The notes under the pieces: generated by a model | What the model saw: the letters and a program-made list of their open reading frames with translations, nothing else | What the model was told of the DNA's origin: nothing | Databases searched by the model: none | Translations under genes and position numbers: made by a program | Shown here: one piece after another, positions 29,878-44,899 of the stretch | How the letters are laid out: each line of letters begins with the position of its first letter | Numbering within the stretch: position 1 is the stretch's first letter | Assembly: GCF_009914755.1 (NCBI RefSeq) | Contig: NC_060937.1 | DNA length: 64,000 nt | Strand: one strand, 5' to 3' | DNA from: the human T2T-CHM13v2.0 reference genome, Homo sapiens

Positions 29878-30491
29878 TGCTTTTGGACCTGGATGAACAG
29901 GAGGCACCATCACGGAAGTTGACTCCTGCCACAACAATGACTGAAAGGTTCAACACCAGGAACCCAAGAGCCAGGACATCTACTGAAGGCTGTTGGTTAA
30001 GCTGTATATGTTTCTGGCCAGAAGAAACTCTACCTTCAACCAAGTTGTGGTGAAGAGGTTATTTATGAGTTGCACCAAATGGCCATCTCTGTCTCTTTCC
30101 TGGATGATCTGGAAGATGAAGCTTCCTGGCCAGGAAAACAAAACAGCTGTGGTTGTGGGGACCATGTTCAGGAGGTGCCCAAACTGAAGGTGTGTGCACT
30201 GCACATGAGCAGTTGGGCCTGCAGCCAAATCCCCAAGGCTGGGGACAAGATTCTCACCTTTGACCAGCTGACCCTGGACACCCTCAAAGGCTGTGGCACC
30301 ATCCTGCTCTCTGGGCCTCACAAGGGCCAAGAAGTGTACTGGCATTTCAGCAAGGCCCTGGGAACCCAGCATAGCCACACTAAGCCCTGTGTCCACTCCA
30401 GGGACCAGAAATTCAAGCACATCAGAGGCTGATGGGCCAGCCAAGGCTACAAAAACTAACCCTGGATCCTCTATCTTATTAAAAAGATTTT
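29878..30491 (+). pseudogene. RPL18P10: Processed pseudogene of ribosomal protein L18 (probably RPL18P10)
   Basis: Intronless RPL18 homology ([58 protein letters not shown]); start ATG>ACG at 29912, frameshifts, TAA 30457-30459, ATTAAA 30478-30483; approximate TSD ataaaaa(g/a)caaga at ~29864 and ~30829. The pseudogene number is from memory. Confidence 0.92.
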
Positions 30492-30804
30492 GGCCTGGGC
30501 GCAGTGGCTCATCCCTGTAATCCCAGCACTTTGGGAGGCCAAGGAGGGCAGATCACTTGAGCCTAGGAGTTCAAGACCAGCCTGGGCAACAAGTGAAACT
30601 CCATCTCTATAAAAAATTAAAAAAAAAAATTAGTTGGGTGTGGTGGTACATGCCTGTAGTCCCAGCTACTTGGGAGGCTGAGGCAAGAGGATCGCTTGAG
30701 CCCAGGAAGTCAAGGCTCCAGTGAGCCATGATCGTGCCACTGCACTCCACCCTGGGCGACAGAGTGAGACCCTGTCTTAGAACAAAACAAAACGAAACAA
30801 AAAA
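30492..30804 (+). mobile_element. AluJ inserted in the RPL18 pseudogene 3' UTR
   Basis: Full length; (AAAAC)n-type tail. Confidence 0.92.
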
Positions 30805-30849
30805 TTTTGGATGGTGGGGGAAAGGAAAATAAAAAACAAGATCCAACTA

Positions 30850-31543
<694 letters not shown>

Positions 31544-31907
31544 AGGTAAAAGGATGGAAAAAGATATATCATACTGATGCTGGCATTAGTCAAAAGAAAA
31601 CTGGTGTGGCTATATTAACATGAAATAAAGTAGATTTCAGAGCAAATAATATTACCAGGAATAAAGAAGGCCATTTTATAATAATAAAAGGGCTGGTTAA
31701 TCAGAAGGATACAATAATCCTACATGGTTTTGTCTCAAATAATAAAAGCTTCAAAATATGTAAATCAAAAACTGACAGAAGTGCAAGGAAAAACAGACAA
31801 ATCCATAGTTAGAGATTTCAATACCCCTCTTTAAATGATTGCTAAAACAAGTAGAAACTTACAAGGATATAGTAAACTCAAGCAACACTGTAACCAAATT
31901 AACAGTA

Positions 31908-32108
31908 CAGGTTGAGCATCCCTAATCTGAAATACAAAATGCTCCAAAATCCAAAATTTTTTGAGCACCAACATGACCCAATACGTTGGGTCCTATTCCC
32001 AGGATCTCTTATTATATATATATATATAAATGTTCAGAAAATCCAAAAAACTTTGAAATCTGAAACACTTCTGGTCCCAAGCATTTTGGATAAGGGATAC
32101 TCAACCTG
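31908..32108. mobile_element. Tigger4/MER46-like TcMar MITE
   Basis: TIRs CAGGTTGAGCATCCCT...AGGGATACTCAACCTG; TA duplication at 31906-31907 and 32109-32110. Confidence 0.85.
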
Positions 32109-32174
32109 TAATAGAATATATATTCTCTTCAAAGTATACATGAAACATTTACCCAAATCGATCATATTCTAGGC

Positions 32175-32365
32175 CAGAGGTTATCAAACTATGGCCCTGA
32201 GGCCAAATGTAGTCTGTTTTTGTATAGTCCATGAACTAAAAATGGTTTTTACATTTTGAAAGATTTCTTTAAGAAGAAAAGAAAATATGTGACAAAGATC
32301 ATATGTGGCCCACAGAGTTTAAAATATTTACTGTCTGACCCTTTATAGAAGTTTGCCTGCCCCTG
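32175..32365. mobile_element. MER58A-like hAT-Charlie MITE
   Basis: CAGAGGTTATCAAACT...AGTTTGCCTGCCCCTG ends; perfect 8-bp TSD TTCTAGGC at 32167-32174 and 32366-32373. Confidence 0.85.
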
Positions 32366-33078
32366 TTCTAGGCCATAAAACATGTCTCAGTAAATTTTAA
32401 AGGATTCAGATAATGCAGAGTATGTCTTCTGACTACAGTAGAATTAAAATTAGAAATCAATAACAGAAAGCTGTCTGGAAAATCCCCAAATGTTTGGAAA
32501 CAAAATAACATGCTACTAAATAACCTTCTAATAACCCATTGATTAAAATAGGAGTGCAGTAAAATTAGAAGGCATTTTGAGCTGAATGAAAATAAAAACA
32601 AAGCATATCAAATTTTGTGGCATGCCACTAAAGCAGTATGTAGGAAGACATAAGCAAAATGCTTATATTAGAAAATATAAAAAGTCTCAAGTTAATGAGC
32701 TTCCACCTTAAGAAATTAGAAAAGAAGAACAAATTAAACACAAAGAAACAAAAGAAATAATAAAGATCAAAGTAGAAATAAATGAAATGGAAAACAAAAT
32801 AAATTGAGAGTATTAATGAAACCAAACCCTGGTTCTTTGAGATAAATAAAATTGATAAATCTTTTGCCACGCTGATCAGGAAAAAAAAAAAAAAAGAGAG
32901 AAGACACATATTACCAATATCAGGAATGAGAGGTGAAATATGACAAATTCTACAGATACTTAAAGAATAGCAATGGAATATTATGAAAAACCTTAAGCAA
33001 ATAAAATTCAACAACTTAGATGAAATGGTCAAATTCCTTGAAAGACATAACTACCAAAGCTTACTCAAAAAGAAGTAC

Positions 33079-33419
33079 AGCCAGGTGCAGTGGCTCACAC
33101 CTGTAATCCCAGCATTTTGGGAGTTTGAGGTGGGCAGATCACTTAAGTCCAGGAGTTCGAGACCAGCCTGGGCAATGTGAAGAAACCCCATCTCTACTAA
33201 AAATACAAAAAAATTTAGCTGGGTGTGGTGGTGCATGACTGTAGTCCCAGCTACTTGGGGGGCTAAGGCGGGAGGATCGCTTGAGCTTGCGAGATTGAGC
33301 CCTGATTATGCCACTGCATTCCAGCCTGGGTGAAAGAGTGAGACCCTGTCTCAAAAAAAAAAAAAAAAAGAAAAAAAAGAAAAAAAAAAGAAAAAAAAGA
33401 AAAAAAAAAGAAAAAGAAA
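33079..33419 (+). mobile_element. AluJ with long (AnG) tail, in L1
   Basis: Alu match; ~65-nt A-rich tail. Confidence 0.92.
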
Positions 33420-34189
33420 TAGATAACTTCCAAAGCTATGTATCTATTTTTAAAAAATTAATAGTTAAAAATATTCTCACAAAGAAACACTAGTGGATTC
33501 TTCCAGACACTTAGGGATAACACTGTGTATACCAATTATATACAAATCTTCCAGAAAACTGAAGAGGAAGGAATACGTCTCAGTTTATTTTTGGGGGCCA
33601 GCATTACCCTGATACCTAAACCACACAAAGCCATTACAAGAAAAGAAAACTATAGCCCAGTTTCCCTCTTGAACATGGATGTAATAATTCTCAACGAAAC
33701 TTTAACAAGTCAAATCCAACAAAATATAAGAAAGTTAATATTACTGGATGAGGTTTATCCCAAAAATATGTCATTGCTTTAAATTAAAAAATTAATCATT
33801 GTAAGTCACTATATTAAGCTAAAAAAGAAAATCTGATCATTTCAATAGACACCCAAAAAATCTGACAAAATCGTATATTTGTTCCTGATTTTAAAAAACC
33901 AAAAACAAAAAAAACAAAAAAAACAAAAAAAAAACCAAACCTGTTAGCAAACTAGGAATAGAAGGGTACTTTCTCAACCAGATAAAGGACATCTATAAAA
34001 ATCCTACAGATAGCCTTATGCATAATGATGAAAAACTGCATGCTTTCCCTTTCCCCGTAAGATAAAGAATAATACAAAGATATCTGCTCTGACCACTTTC
34101 ATTCAACATCAGAGGTTCTGTCCAGGGCAATCAGGCAAGAAAAAGAAATAAATCGCATTCAAGTTAGAAAGGAAGAAATACAACTGATG

Positions 34190-34345
34190 ATAGCCATCAT
34201 TCCTAAGAGTTCCCCTTGCCTCTTTATAATCCTTGCCTCCTCTTACCTCTCTCCCCAGGAAACCACTGGCCTGTTTTCTGTCACTAGAGACCAGTTTGCA
34301 TTTTCTAGAACTGATATATGTGGAATCATGCAGTATGTTACTCAA
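34190..34345 (-). mobile_element. L1M 3'-UTR fragment, inverted relative to the adjacent L1
   Basis: ccccaggaaaccactggcctgttttctgtcact...tttctagaa...tggaatcatgcagtatgt resembles an antisense L1M 3' end. Confidence 0.6.
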
Positions 34346-34447
34346 TTTTTTTTGTCAGTAATTGGTAGCTTATCTTGCAATCAAAGTTCATATACAACCA
34401 TTTGATCTTCATTCCATTCCCTCATTAGTCCATAGAATGTCAATCAA

Positions 34448-34733
34448 TTTTTCTTTCTTTTATTTATTTATTTTAACGAAACAGGGTCTTGTTGTGTTGC
34501 CTAGGCTGGAGTGCAGGCTTACTTCAACCTCCAACTCCTGGGCTCAGGTGATCCTCCCGCCTAAGCCTCCAGAGTAGCTGGGACTACAAGGGTGTGTCAC
34601 CATGCCTGGCTAACTTTTTAAAATTTTTTGTATTGATGGGGTCTTGCCATGTTGCCCAGGCTGGTCTCGAACTCCTGAGCTCAAGACCTCCCAAAGTGCT
34701 GGGATTACAGGCATGAGCCACTGCGCCTGGACT
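34448..34733 (-). mobile_element. AluJ
   Basis: Alu match with deletions. Confidence 0.9.
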
Positions 34734-35285
34734 CAATTTCTGTATGATGATGACTTTCATATGTACATCAACAGGCCAGATAGCTTATCAAGAAAGCTTC
34801 TCCTCTGTCTTCTAGTAATATCCCACTTAGATCTGACATTATTTTTTTCCTTCAAGGTATTTCTTCCAAATTTCTTGGCTGTTGTTGGTGACAACACAAG
34901 TTTTTGGACCTTTAAGTTTACAATCTTAGGTTCATTTCCTTATTTTATTTCTTCCCTATAGGTAAATGATCACTAAACTTGTTACTTCTTATAGTTACTT
35001 CTTTGTAAGGCACTGCAGATATGTTTCTTTTCATTTTTAAAATTGCCCATTTAATTCAAGCTATTAAATATCAAGCTTGTACTATATCAAGAGTACTATA
35101 TATCAAGACTATAGCCTCTTGATATTTTCCCTACCCTCCCATCCTGCCATACCCATGTCTCCACTAGCCTATATAAAACATAAAATACTTTTCATCAAAC
35201 TCTCTGTAGAGAAGTGTTGCTGGGCGAATAAGAAAAACCTGATTGACTAGAAAGCAAATGTAAATGTAATCTCCTTTCTTTTCAG

Positions 35286-35401
35286 TGATTCTACCAGAAA
35301 GGAATGAAGAACAGAACCTTCAGGAATTGAGTCACAATGCAGACAAATATCAAATGGGAGATTGTTGCAAGGAAGAGATTGATGATAGTATTTTCTACTA
35401 G
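35286..35401 (+). CDS. DLEU1: Nominal LEU1 ORF, part 2 (VILPERNEEQNLQELSHNADKYQMGDCCKEEIDDSIFY*)
   Basis: 116 nt in frame with part 1; TAG at 35399-35401. Confidence 0.5.
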
Positions 35402-35858
35402 CCATTGGGAAGATAAAAGGAGACAGAAGATTGAAGCCTTTGCCAGCCATTCTTTCCCTTTTTGCTTCCAAACTCCTCAACTGGGAACCTTCATATGTGC
35501 AGTATTTATATTGGATCATACTGGTGATTATAAAAGTTCCTAGGAGGCTAGAAGAGCCAACCAACAGAGAAGGGAAAGCAGTCTGTTCTGAACATAGGGA
35601 CATAAGTTCATTCATGCCAAGTATCTTTCCAGCATGTTTCTCCCATTTAGAATATCTAGCATGTAAGGCCTTTCAATATTAATATAAGCCCAATATCAGC
35701 TCTTTCTCTTTGTATTTCATCTCTTTCTACTCTCCTATTTGTATTTTGTGTTCCTATCAAAGTGTCGTATCTGGGAGATGACCTGCCTTATCCTGTTCTA
35801 TAACAGTTTTGTTTGCTGCTGTGTCTTTAGAACAGTGCCTGGCACACAGTAAGCACTC

Positions 35859-35864
35859 AATAAA
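35859..35864 (+). terminator. Poly(A) signal AATAAA of the DLEU1 short isoform, inside an L2 3' end
   Basis: agaacagtgcctggcacacagtaagcactcAATAAAtctttgatgaatgaatgaatg. Confidence 0.7.
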
Positions 35865-35948
35865 TCTTTGATGAATGAATGAATGGTTATCTTTTCTCTC
35901 TGGCAATCCAAATTCACCACTCCTTAAAAATTCTACATAAGATTTGCT

Positions 35949-36245
35949 GGCTGGGCGCAGTGACTCACGCCTGTAATCCCAGCACTTTGGGAGACTGAGA
36001 CAGGTGGATCACCTGAGGTCAGGAGTTTGAGACCAGTCTCAACATAGCGAAACCCCATCTCTACTAAAAGTACAAAAATTAGCCGGGCGTGGTGGCAGGC
36101 GCCTGTAATCCCAGCTACTTGGGAGACTGAGGCAGGAGAATCACTTGAGCCCAGGGGGGCAGAGGTTGCAGTGAGCTGAGATCACGCCACTTCACTCCAG
36201 CCTGGGCAAAAGAGCAAAACTCCGTCTCCAAAAAAAAAAAAAAAA
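35949..36245 (+). mobile_element. Alu (S-type)
   Basis: Full length; TSD AAGATTTGC. Confidence 0.93.
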
Positions 36246-37889
36246 GATTTGCCTATTCCAGCAGACTTCTACCCAATATCAATCTAGATTTAAATCACTT
36301 GATTTTCCACATCCCTTTAGCAATTATGTATAGTTTGCACTTCATTAACCTACCCTTATTTATGTTACTTCTCACATACACCCATATCTCTTCTGTATTT
36401 TCAATCAAAAGATAATGCCTCAAATGTTATATATATTGTATGTGCCACTCAACAGTGCCTCATATGCTGCAAAAAAAAAAGACAGTAAACAATCGGGGTA
36501 CCTTTTTGTCTTTTAAGCCATATTTTCTGGGTCAGTGTGGTCTTTCAAGGGAGTTTAGACAGGCTCTATTTTTTGTTACTTCACTCCTATAGTATGTGAC
36601 TGTAAATTGTTCCTTCAGTGTTCAATTTAAGTACAAACTAAAGAGAAACAGTTTCCTAAAGAAAAACATTTTAAAGTTACAGAGACACCTATGTGTTCGT
36701 AACATTTCTCCAGAAATATTTGAAGTAACGTAAAACTTCTGGACTGGTCAGTTTAAATATTTTCTTGGAATTTCTATAGAAATTTCTGTGGAATGGTGTT
36801 ATATTGGAAATATTAATTAACTATAAGAAGACTCCTACTTCTTCACAGAGAACAAGCAGGGATATCCTGGATTTTCACAGTATTTAGGCCACTCCTTAGT
36901 TGTCTCATGAAGGAATTAAGGTAGTGGAACACATTCAAGAATTGCTTAGGTGTCAAAATAAGACAAAGTGTAACAGTTTTTTTCTGTAGTAGATTTTTAA
37001 ATAGTTAAAAGACTCTGCCCTCTTTATCTATACTGTATTCTGGCAATAATAAAGTTGGGCAGCCTATACATAAAAGCAATTTCTAACAATGCCAAATTAA
37101 CAGCAGTTTCTTGGCCCTTTCCTTTCCCTCCATGAAAGTTACAATATTAGGTTATTTCACAGGTTTCCTCCATGCCCCCCATACCCAACCTAAAACTGTG
37201 TTAGGCTGTCAAAGAAAACAAATCAGGTAAGATTAGTGTTTGCCTTTACGCAGTCATTCTAAGTACACATAAAATCATACATAATATGAAAATACAGCAG
37301 GAAGAGAAACATCAAACCATAGAACTGAGTTTTAGTTTTACTGACATTTATATGGCATACTTCCTGTTTTTGATTTCAGAAGTGCAACCATGCAGTGCTT
37401 CTATGAAAAACTGAATAGTTGAGTACAGTTTGAGGATTATAACAACTTATCCAAAGGAAACAAACAGACCTAACTTACTGCTGTTTTCATTTGTGGAACT
37501 GCTATCTTTGTTGTAAAAAGTTGAGTATTTTTCAAACATCATTTAATAATAGGGTAGCCCCTAAAACAAGTAAGGAGCTATAAGTCTGAGTTGTGAATTT
37601 GACTAGTAATGGAATAAGAAAACCAAGCCAAACTCCATCTAAATATGTATGTAAAGGTAATGCTTGTAAAAATTTGCTTTTTCCTCATTTTGAGATTTCA
37701 GTTGCCAGTTGACTATTGGTATGCAAAATTAACAATTCTGCCTAAAGGAGGTAAACGATAGAGGTTAATTCTTAAATAAAAGTCCCTTTGTTTCACTATT
37801 AACTTTTTCTATTTGAAGCATAATTGTGTCAGCTAATTTATTTTTTGGTAACCACTTAGGAATTTGGGAGGGAGGGGGGCACTCAAGTA

Positions 37890-38270
37890 AGCAATGACAG
37901 CCAGCTAGACATCAAAATCCATGTTCTCACTTCATGGCCGTACAGATAAATTTCATTTCCTAGCCTCTCTTGCAGTTAGATGTGGGCATATGACTAAGCT
38001 CTAGCTAGTGGAATGAGAATGGATGTCAACTACTTTAAGCTCTTTAAGTCAACTAAAGAAATCAACTACTTTAAGCTCCTGTCCCTAAAAAACTCCCAAC
38101 AGACTGACCCCTCCAAGGAAACCTTGGAAGTTAGGTCCTAAATGCTTAGGTACAGTAAGACCTTGGAAACTACTAAAGAAATAGTAAAGTAAACTTGTTT
38201 TGCAAGAACAACTTTGAGCCACTATATATTTTGGGGATGATCTATTATGGCAATTAGCCTGCCGTCATTA
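37890..38270. mobile_element. Ancient LTR relic (MLT1/LTR16-like)
   Basis: catttcctagcctctcttgcagttagatgtgggcatatgactaagctctagctagtggaatg. Confidence 0.55.
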
Positions 38271-38737
38271 ATTTGATCTATAAAACATATATGAAGTGTC
38301 CCTGTGATACACAACTCCAGTGGTCACACACTGTAATGTATGCAACTGGGATTTTTCTGAAGCACAACTGAGAGGCTACAGGTATGCATACATATGGATA
38401 TAGGTAAATGTTCCTCCCAGGAGTGGTAAAATGCTGTGGCTTTGCCAACTAACTCCAGCTTCTCTCATGGGTTTTATTGTGGATGATTATTGATTTGTGT
38501 AAAGGAACTTCCCTTTTGTGTCTGTGGTAATAGATAAAGGTGGAATGGATCCTCCAACAAGAATCTTGAGGGGAAAATATATACTTATGATCAAAATAAG
38601 ATATCTTTCTTGGGTTTGTCCAATAGTGATGGCTACATAGTCTTCCTATTACCTTTTATCTACAGGCAGGCAGTAGGCCATAATAGTATTAGAAGCCCCT
38701 CCCTTTCTCCAAAAAAAAAAAAAAAAAAGTGCTCTGA

Positions 38738-39191
<454 letters not shown>

Positions 39192-39198
39192 AAAATAA

Positions 39199-39525
<327 letters not shown>

Positions 39526-39720
39526 TGAAATAATTCTTAACATGAGCATTTCTTCAGATTTCAAGTTGATATTACAGAAGCGCAAGTGCTTCATAGAAAC
39601 TTGAAATTATTTTAAAAAAATGTTTAACTCTCACCAAGGCACAAGAGAGGTTATACTCTTCTCCCAAACAAGCTATTAAATTGAAAGGATTTTAAACTTA
39701 CCCAAGGTTTTTTAGAGTAG

Positions 39721-39900
39721 TTTTATTATTATTATTTTATTTATTCGTTTTTTTGAGATGAAGTCTTGCTTTGTCACCAAGGCTGGAATGCAGAGGTGTG
39801 ATCGGCTCACTGCAGCCCCGACTTACTGGGCTCAAGTTATCCTCCTGCCTCAGCCTCCTGAGTAGTAAGGACTACATGTGTGTGCCACAGTGCCCGGCTA
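39721..39900 (-). mobile_element. Alu right monomer (FRAM/AluJ fragment)
   Basis: Single arm with AT-rich tail. Confidence 0.85.
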
Positions 39901-41351
39901 GTTAGAGTAATTTTAAAACACTGTGTCACTTCTCTGATTTCTATACTTTACTCCATGAGTGGAGAAATAATATCAAAGCTAATACAGAATGTGATAGTTA
40001 TTGAAATAATACTATAAAAAGTCAAAAACTAGACAGCAGATTTTATAGTTTTTCAGTGAATTTACCAGTTAAAAACCTTAAATTTTACTTTTCCTAATTG
40101 TATGTTTATAATGTTTCAATGTAATAACAATTCATATAATAGCACATTCAGGATCATGGCAAAATCAGCTAAGTCATAGTTAACACACACTCCTTGTCTC
40201 TACGTATGTGGTGCTAAGTCATATTTTTGGTATAGCTAACAAATGATTTTTTGTCTGTCTGCTGGTGGGGTTTTAATCTCCTGGATTTCAACTTTGGTTA
40301 AAGTTAAAAAATACACTATCCAGACTTTATACAGGCATGAATTGGCTTTAATTCACATTCTTTTGCTGCAGGAGAGCTGCAGAAATATGGACCTCACTCA
40401 GGGATGATACTGTTTTAGAAAGGAGAAGGGACAGGCTGTATAACATTGTCCAGAGTGGAGTTTTCATGTTGCGAGAAAGCCATGTATAGGCCGGAGTACA
40501 TGAGTAAAAGGAATAACAACTCCCCCATCCCCTGCCACAAAGGAACAAGACAGGAGAGCCAACAATAGTATTTTGACTATTAGTTGACGAGTATGGATTC
40601 TAAAAATATCTTTACATAATTGCAGAAATTGAGGAACAATCTAAATGTTTAAAAATGAGATTGATAAATAAATTTTGGTATATCTATATGTTGGAAAGCT
40701 ATGCAGATGTTAAAAACAGGTTTTCAAAACTATTCAGTAACATGAAAAAATGGTCATTATAAACTACTGAGTGACAAAAATAAGATATAAAACTATATGT
40801 AGTAATTAGCAACTATATATTTTAAATACAGGAAGGAAACATGAATGTTAACATTGGTTTTTCTCTGGCTGGTGGGATTACAGATGACAATACTTTTGTG
40901 GTTTCCAACATTTCTCTAGTTAACACATTCTGTTTACAATTTTAAACATTACTTTCAAAGAAAAAATGTGATATATGTAAATATGGTTATATAAAATCTG
41001 TATACATATGTATTTTATTTATGTATATCAAAACCAGACCAAAAATACTGAGTTTGATAGTTTTCAGATTGACACTGTAACAGAATACTTTCCTTGACCC
41101 TCATTTTATGTTGAGATCTTTATGGCAGTGAAAGGGCTAGAGAGAGGCATGTACTTTCAGAGTTTCTGAAATGACATGTATAGTATGAAAAAGCATAGAA
41201 GCATTCCTCAATTTTCACATCTTGAATTTTAATACAACCTGTAATTTTGTACATACTAAATGAATGTATTAGTTTTCCAAGCTACAGCATTGGTGGCCAG
41301 TTAGCAGTTAATAATAATATTTTTCAAAGGATAATAAATGAAAATATTGTT

Positions 41352-41656
41352 GGCCAGGTGCGGTGGCTCACACCTGTAATCTCAGCACTTTGGGAAACCA
41401 ACGCAGGTGGATCGCTTGGGTCCAGGAGTTCTTGACCAGCCTGGGGCACACAGCGAAATCCCGGCTCTACAAAAAAAAACTAAAAAAATTAGTGGGGCAT
41501 GGTGGCATGCGCCTGTAATCCAAGCTACTCAGGAGGTTGAGGTGGGAGGATCACTTGAGCCTGGGAGGCGGAGGTTGCAGTGAGCCGAGATCCTGCCACT
41601 TCACTCCAGCCTGGGCAACAGAGTGAGATACCATCTCAGGAAAAAAAAAAAAAAAA
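41352..41656 (+). mobile_element. AluJ
   Basis: Full length. Confidence 0.92.
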
Positions 41657-43671
41657 GTTGAATATACTAGAGATCCAAACTATTTGGAGGAATAATTGAT
41701 TTTCTGGGCAAAGCTAAGAAATAGAAGTTATTCATACTATTGGCTACAAATTTGCAAATATATTGGATTATACTCCCTCCCAAATCATAACTCTTAATCC
41801 TGCAGTTTTATTGCATTTTTCTGGGTATTTAGTTTTGTGATGCTTTTCTGGGAGACTAAGTTAAGAGACCCAAACTCAGATTTTAAAATTAGTTCATTTT
41901 TTTTTTGTTTTACATTTTTCTAATTATTTCTATCAATGAAACTGTGGCATATTACAAAATTTCAAGATAAATAATTTTCTGTCATGTTTCATAGGTCAAG
42001 TAAAAAAAAGGTTCTGCAGCTAAAATAAGGCTTAAGGGGGAAAAGTGGCCAGCAGCACATTCAAAGTTTATGAGCACAGACTTGGGGAATCGGATAGATG
42101 TAGGTTCAAATTCTTATACTGGGGGTAGGCAAGAAAGATGCATAAACAGTGAATTTTAAAGTTTGGAGGGATTTTAGAGATCATTTAATCAAAATCCATT
42201 GTTTTGCAAAGGAAACTAACACCCTGGAAAGTTAAATATCTCACCTAAAGTTTCAATCCCAGCATTGCTACTCATGTTATCTAGGTTTGCTTACTTCCCA
42301 AATTCAGCACTCTTTACTTTCTACTACAATATGCTACATTTGAGGTTGGAGGAGACCAGATTATAGAAAGTACTGAAAATTAGACCAAAGAGTTTGAACT
42401 TACTTTAAATCTGTCTGTCTTCATTATTATTATTATTATTTGGAGGAGTGGTACTGGGCACAATGGAATGATAATGATCAGAGTCATAAAAGATGTATAG
42501 AGATCCTATGTTTCCTGAAAATTCTGTATCATACTCAGTACAACTTTAAACATTCTAGGGGAGAACCCAACTCATTTCTTTGTCTTATTTAAATAATACT
42601 GAGTAATGGAACTGACTAGATTACAGTTGATAACTATTTTATTTTTTCACTTGCTTTTGTCATTTTATTCCATGAATTAATGGTATACATGTGAGATTAA
42701 ACTGATGCTGAGTTGGGAGGCAACACTGTTTGGTTCTGAAGAGCAGACTTTTCCTTAAAAGTTAAAATATTAAGAATAAAATCAAAACAAAAACCTTGAG
42801 TCTAAATTTGAATATGACTCTCAACTTTAAAAGGTAGTCCACATAAATTTTTCTCCTTAGATTTATTTTTGATATTAAAATATATACAGAATTAAAAGAG
42901 AAATTTAATTTTTTACAGCAAAATTTTTACCAGATAATGAAGCTTAAAAATGCTGACCTTTTAGCTCATTTCTAGGAATTTATTCTAGTTTAGGAAAATA
43001 GATTTATGCATAAAAAAGCTCATGGCAATATTATTTGTAAGTAAAGAAAATAAATAACCACTTACAAGGAACATTATGCAGACACTGAAACTTTTGAGGA
43101 GTTTTCAATTTATGATACATTTGAGGAAACATTTATGATACGTTGTCATATAAAAAGGCAGTGTACACAAGCAATTTAAACTTCATCAGCTTAAACAACT
43201 GCCTGGAAATATGTCAACTCTCAACAGTTGCCTCTAAATAAAGGAACTATTGGTTATTTTTTCCTGGTGTCCTTTAAATTTTTTTTTCTTTATTTTAACC
43301 TATTTTCACACTTTCTTCACTTACCATGTACTACTTCTATAATCAGATACGTGTTTGTATCCTAATGATATGTTTTCAGTATCATCACGAGTATAAACAT
43401 ATGTGTGTATGTGTATGTGTGTGTACATTGTTGACCAAGAGAAAAGTTGATATTACTTAAATCCAAATAATGAAATTTCCAAAAAAACGCATACATATCC
43501 TACAACTTATAAAATTATAATGGTTTAATACAATGTACTAAGTATTCTGACATAGCAGGCTTTCAGTATATTAGTTGATGATGAAGATAATTAGAGAAGG
43601 GATACCTCAATTAATTTACCAAGTTCCTTGAGTCTGTCAGCAACTCTCCCACCAAGAATTTAACAATATAA

Positions 43672-44029
<358 letters not shown>

Positions 44030-44089
44030 TAAATGCTAAGTTTTGACACACAAAAAAGAAAAATTTGTCCTTACCTTGTTCATTTTGAT

Positions 44090-44260
44090 CAGCTATGTGA
44101 GGTTCAGGTAAGATTTTACGATCAGTAAAAAAGGTTTCTTGTGGAAGTAACTGGAAATAAGATTTACCTTGTAGGGTCATTATAAGTTTTGGAGATCATG
44201 TATGTAAAGTGCCTAGCATAGTGCCTGGCTCACAGGCACTCAGTAAATGGTGGCTATTAT
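44090..44260 (+). mobile_element. MIR fragment
   Basis: tatgtaaagtgcctagcatagtgcctggctcacaggcactcagtaaatggtggctatt. Confidence 0.6.
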
Positions 44261-44361
44261 AATACATAATATTAATATGACTCCTTTTGTTATATTTCTA
44301 TACATAAGGTGATCTGAAAAAAATATGAAGTGTAGTCCCCCATTTAAAAACATGATTCTAG

Positions 44362-44530
44362 GGCTGGATGCAGTGGCTCATCCCTATAATCCCAGTACTT
44401 TGAGAGGCCGAGGTGGGAGGATCACTTAAGCCCAGGAGGTCGAGGCTGCAAGGAAGTGTGATTGTGCCACTGCACTCCTGCCTGGGCAATAGAGTGAGAC
44501 CTTGTCTCATAAATAAATAGATAGTTAAAT
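44362..44530 (+). mobile_element. Alu monomer (FRAM/FAM-like)
   Basis: Single arm with (TAAA)n-type tail. Confidence 0.85.
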
Positions 44531-44899
44531 AAATAAGTAAACAACACATTTCTAGACTTCTAGATAAAATGGGGAGTGAAAGCAGACCATAGAATCTCTC
44601 TGCACATATACTTTACAAGAAGTATACAACAGTATACTTTGTATACTGGAAAAACAACAATAAGAACTCCTTTAAAAGCATTACTAGAATCAGCTAGAAA
44701 AAGAAAATGTCCACAACCTAAGGCAACAGAGGCCAAAAGAATGCAATTATTTCAAAATAAATTTGGAACAGCAAGAAATGAAATAAGACATAGCTGGAAA
44801 AGTCAAATTCTCACCAAGAAGGAAGACTGGCAGTCCCAGAACATTCCCCTAATGAATTCATTCTTTTCTTCTTCAACATGATTATGTCCCATGTCTTCT

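Larger units (their letters stand above)
35286..35880 (+). ncRNA. DLEU1: DLEU1 terminal exon of the short isoform; 3' end approximate
   Basis: Acceptor ctcctttcttttcag|TGATTC; continues the LEU1 frame; AATAAA at 35859-35864. Confidence 0.85.

Noticed and set aside
29980-30520. RPL18-like ORFs as a functional retrogene
   Set aside because: Start codon mutated to ACG, homology split over different frames, internal deletion and premature stops.
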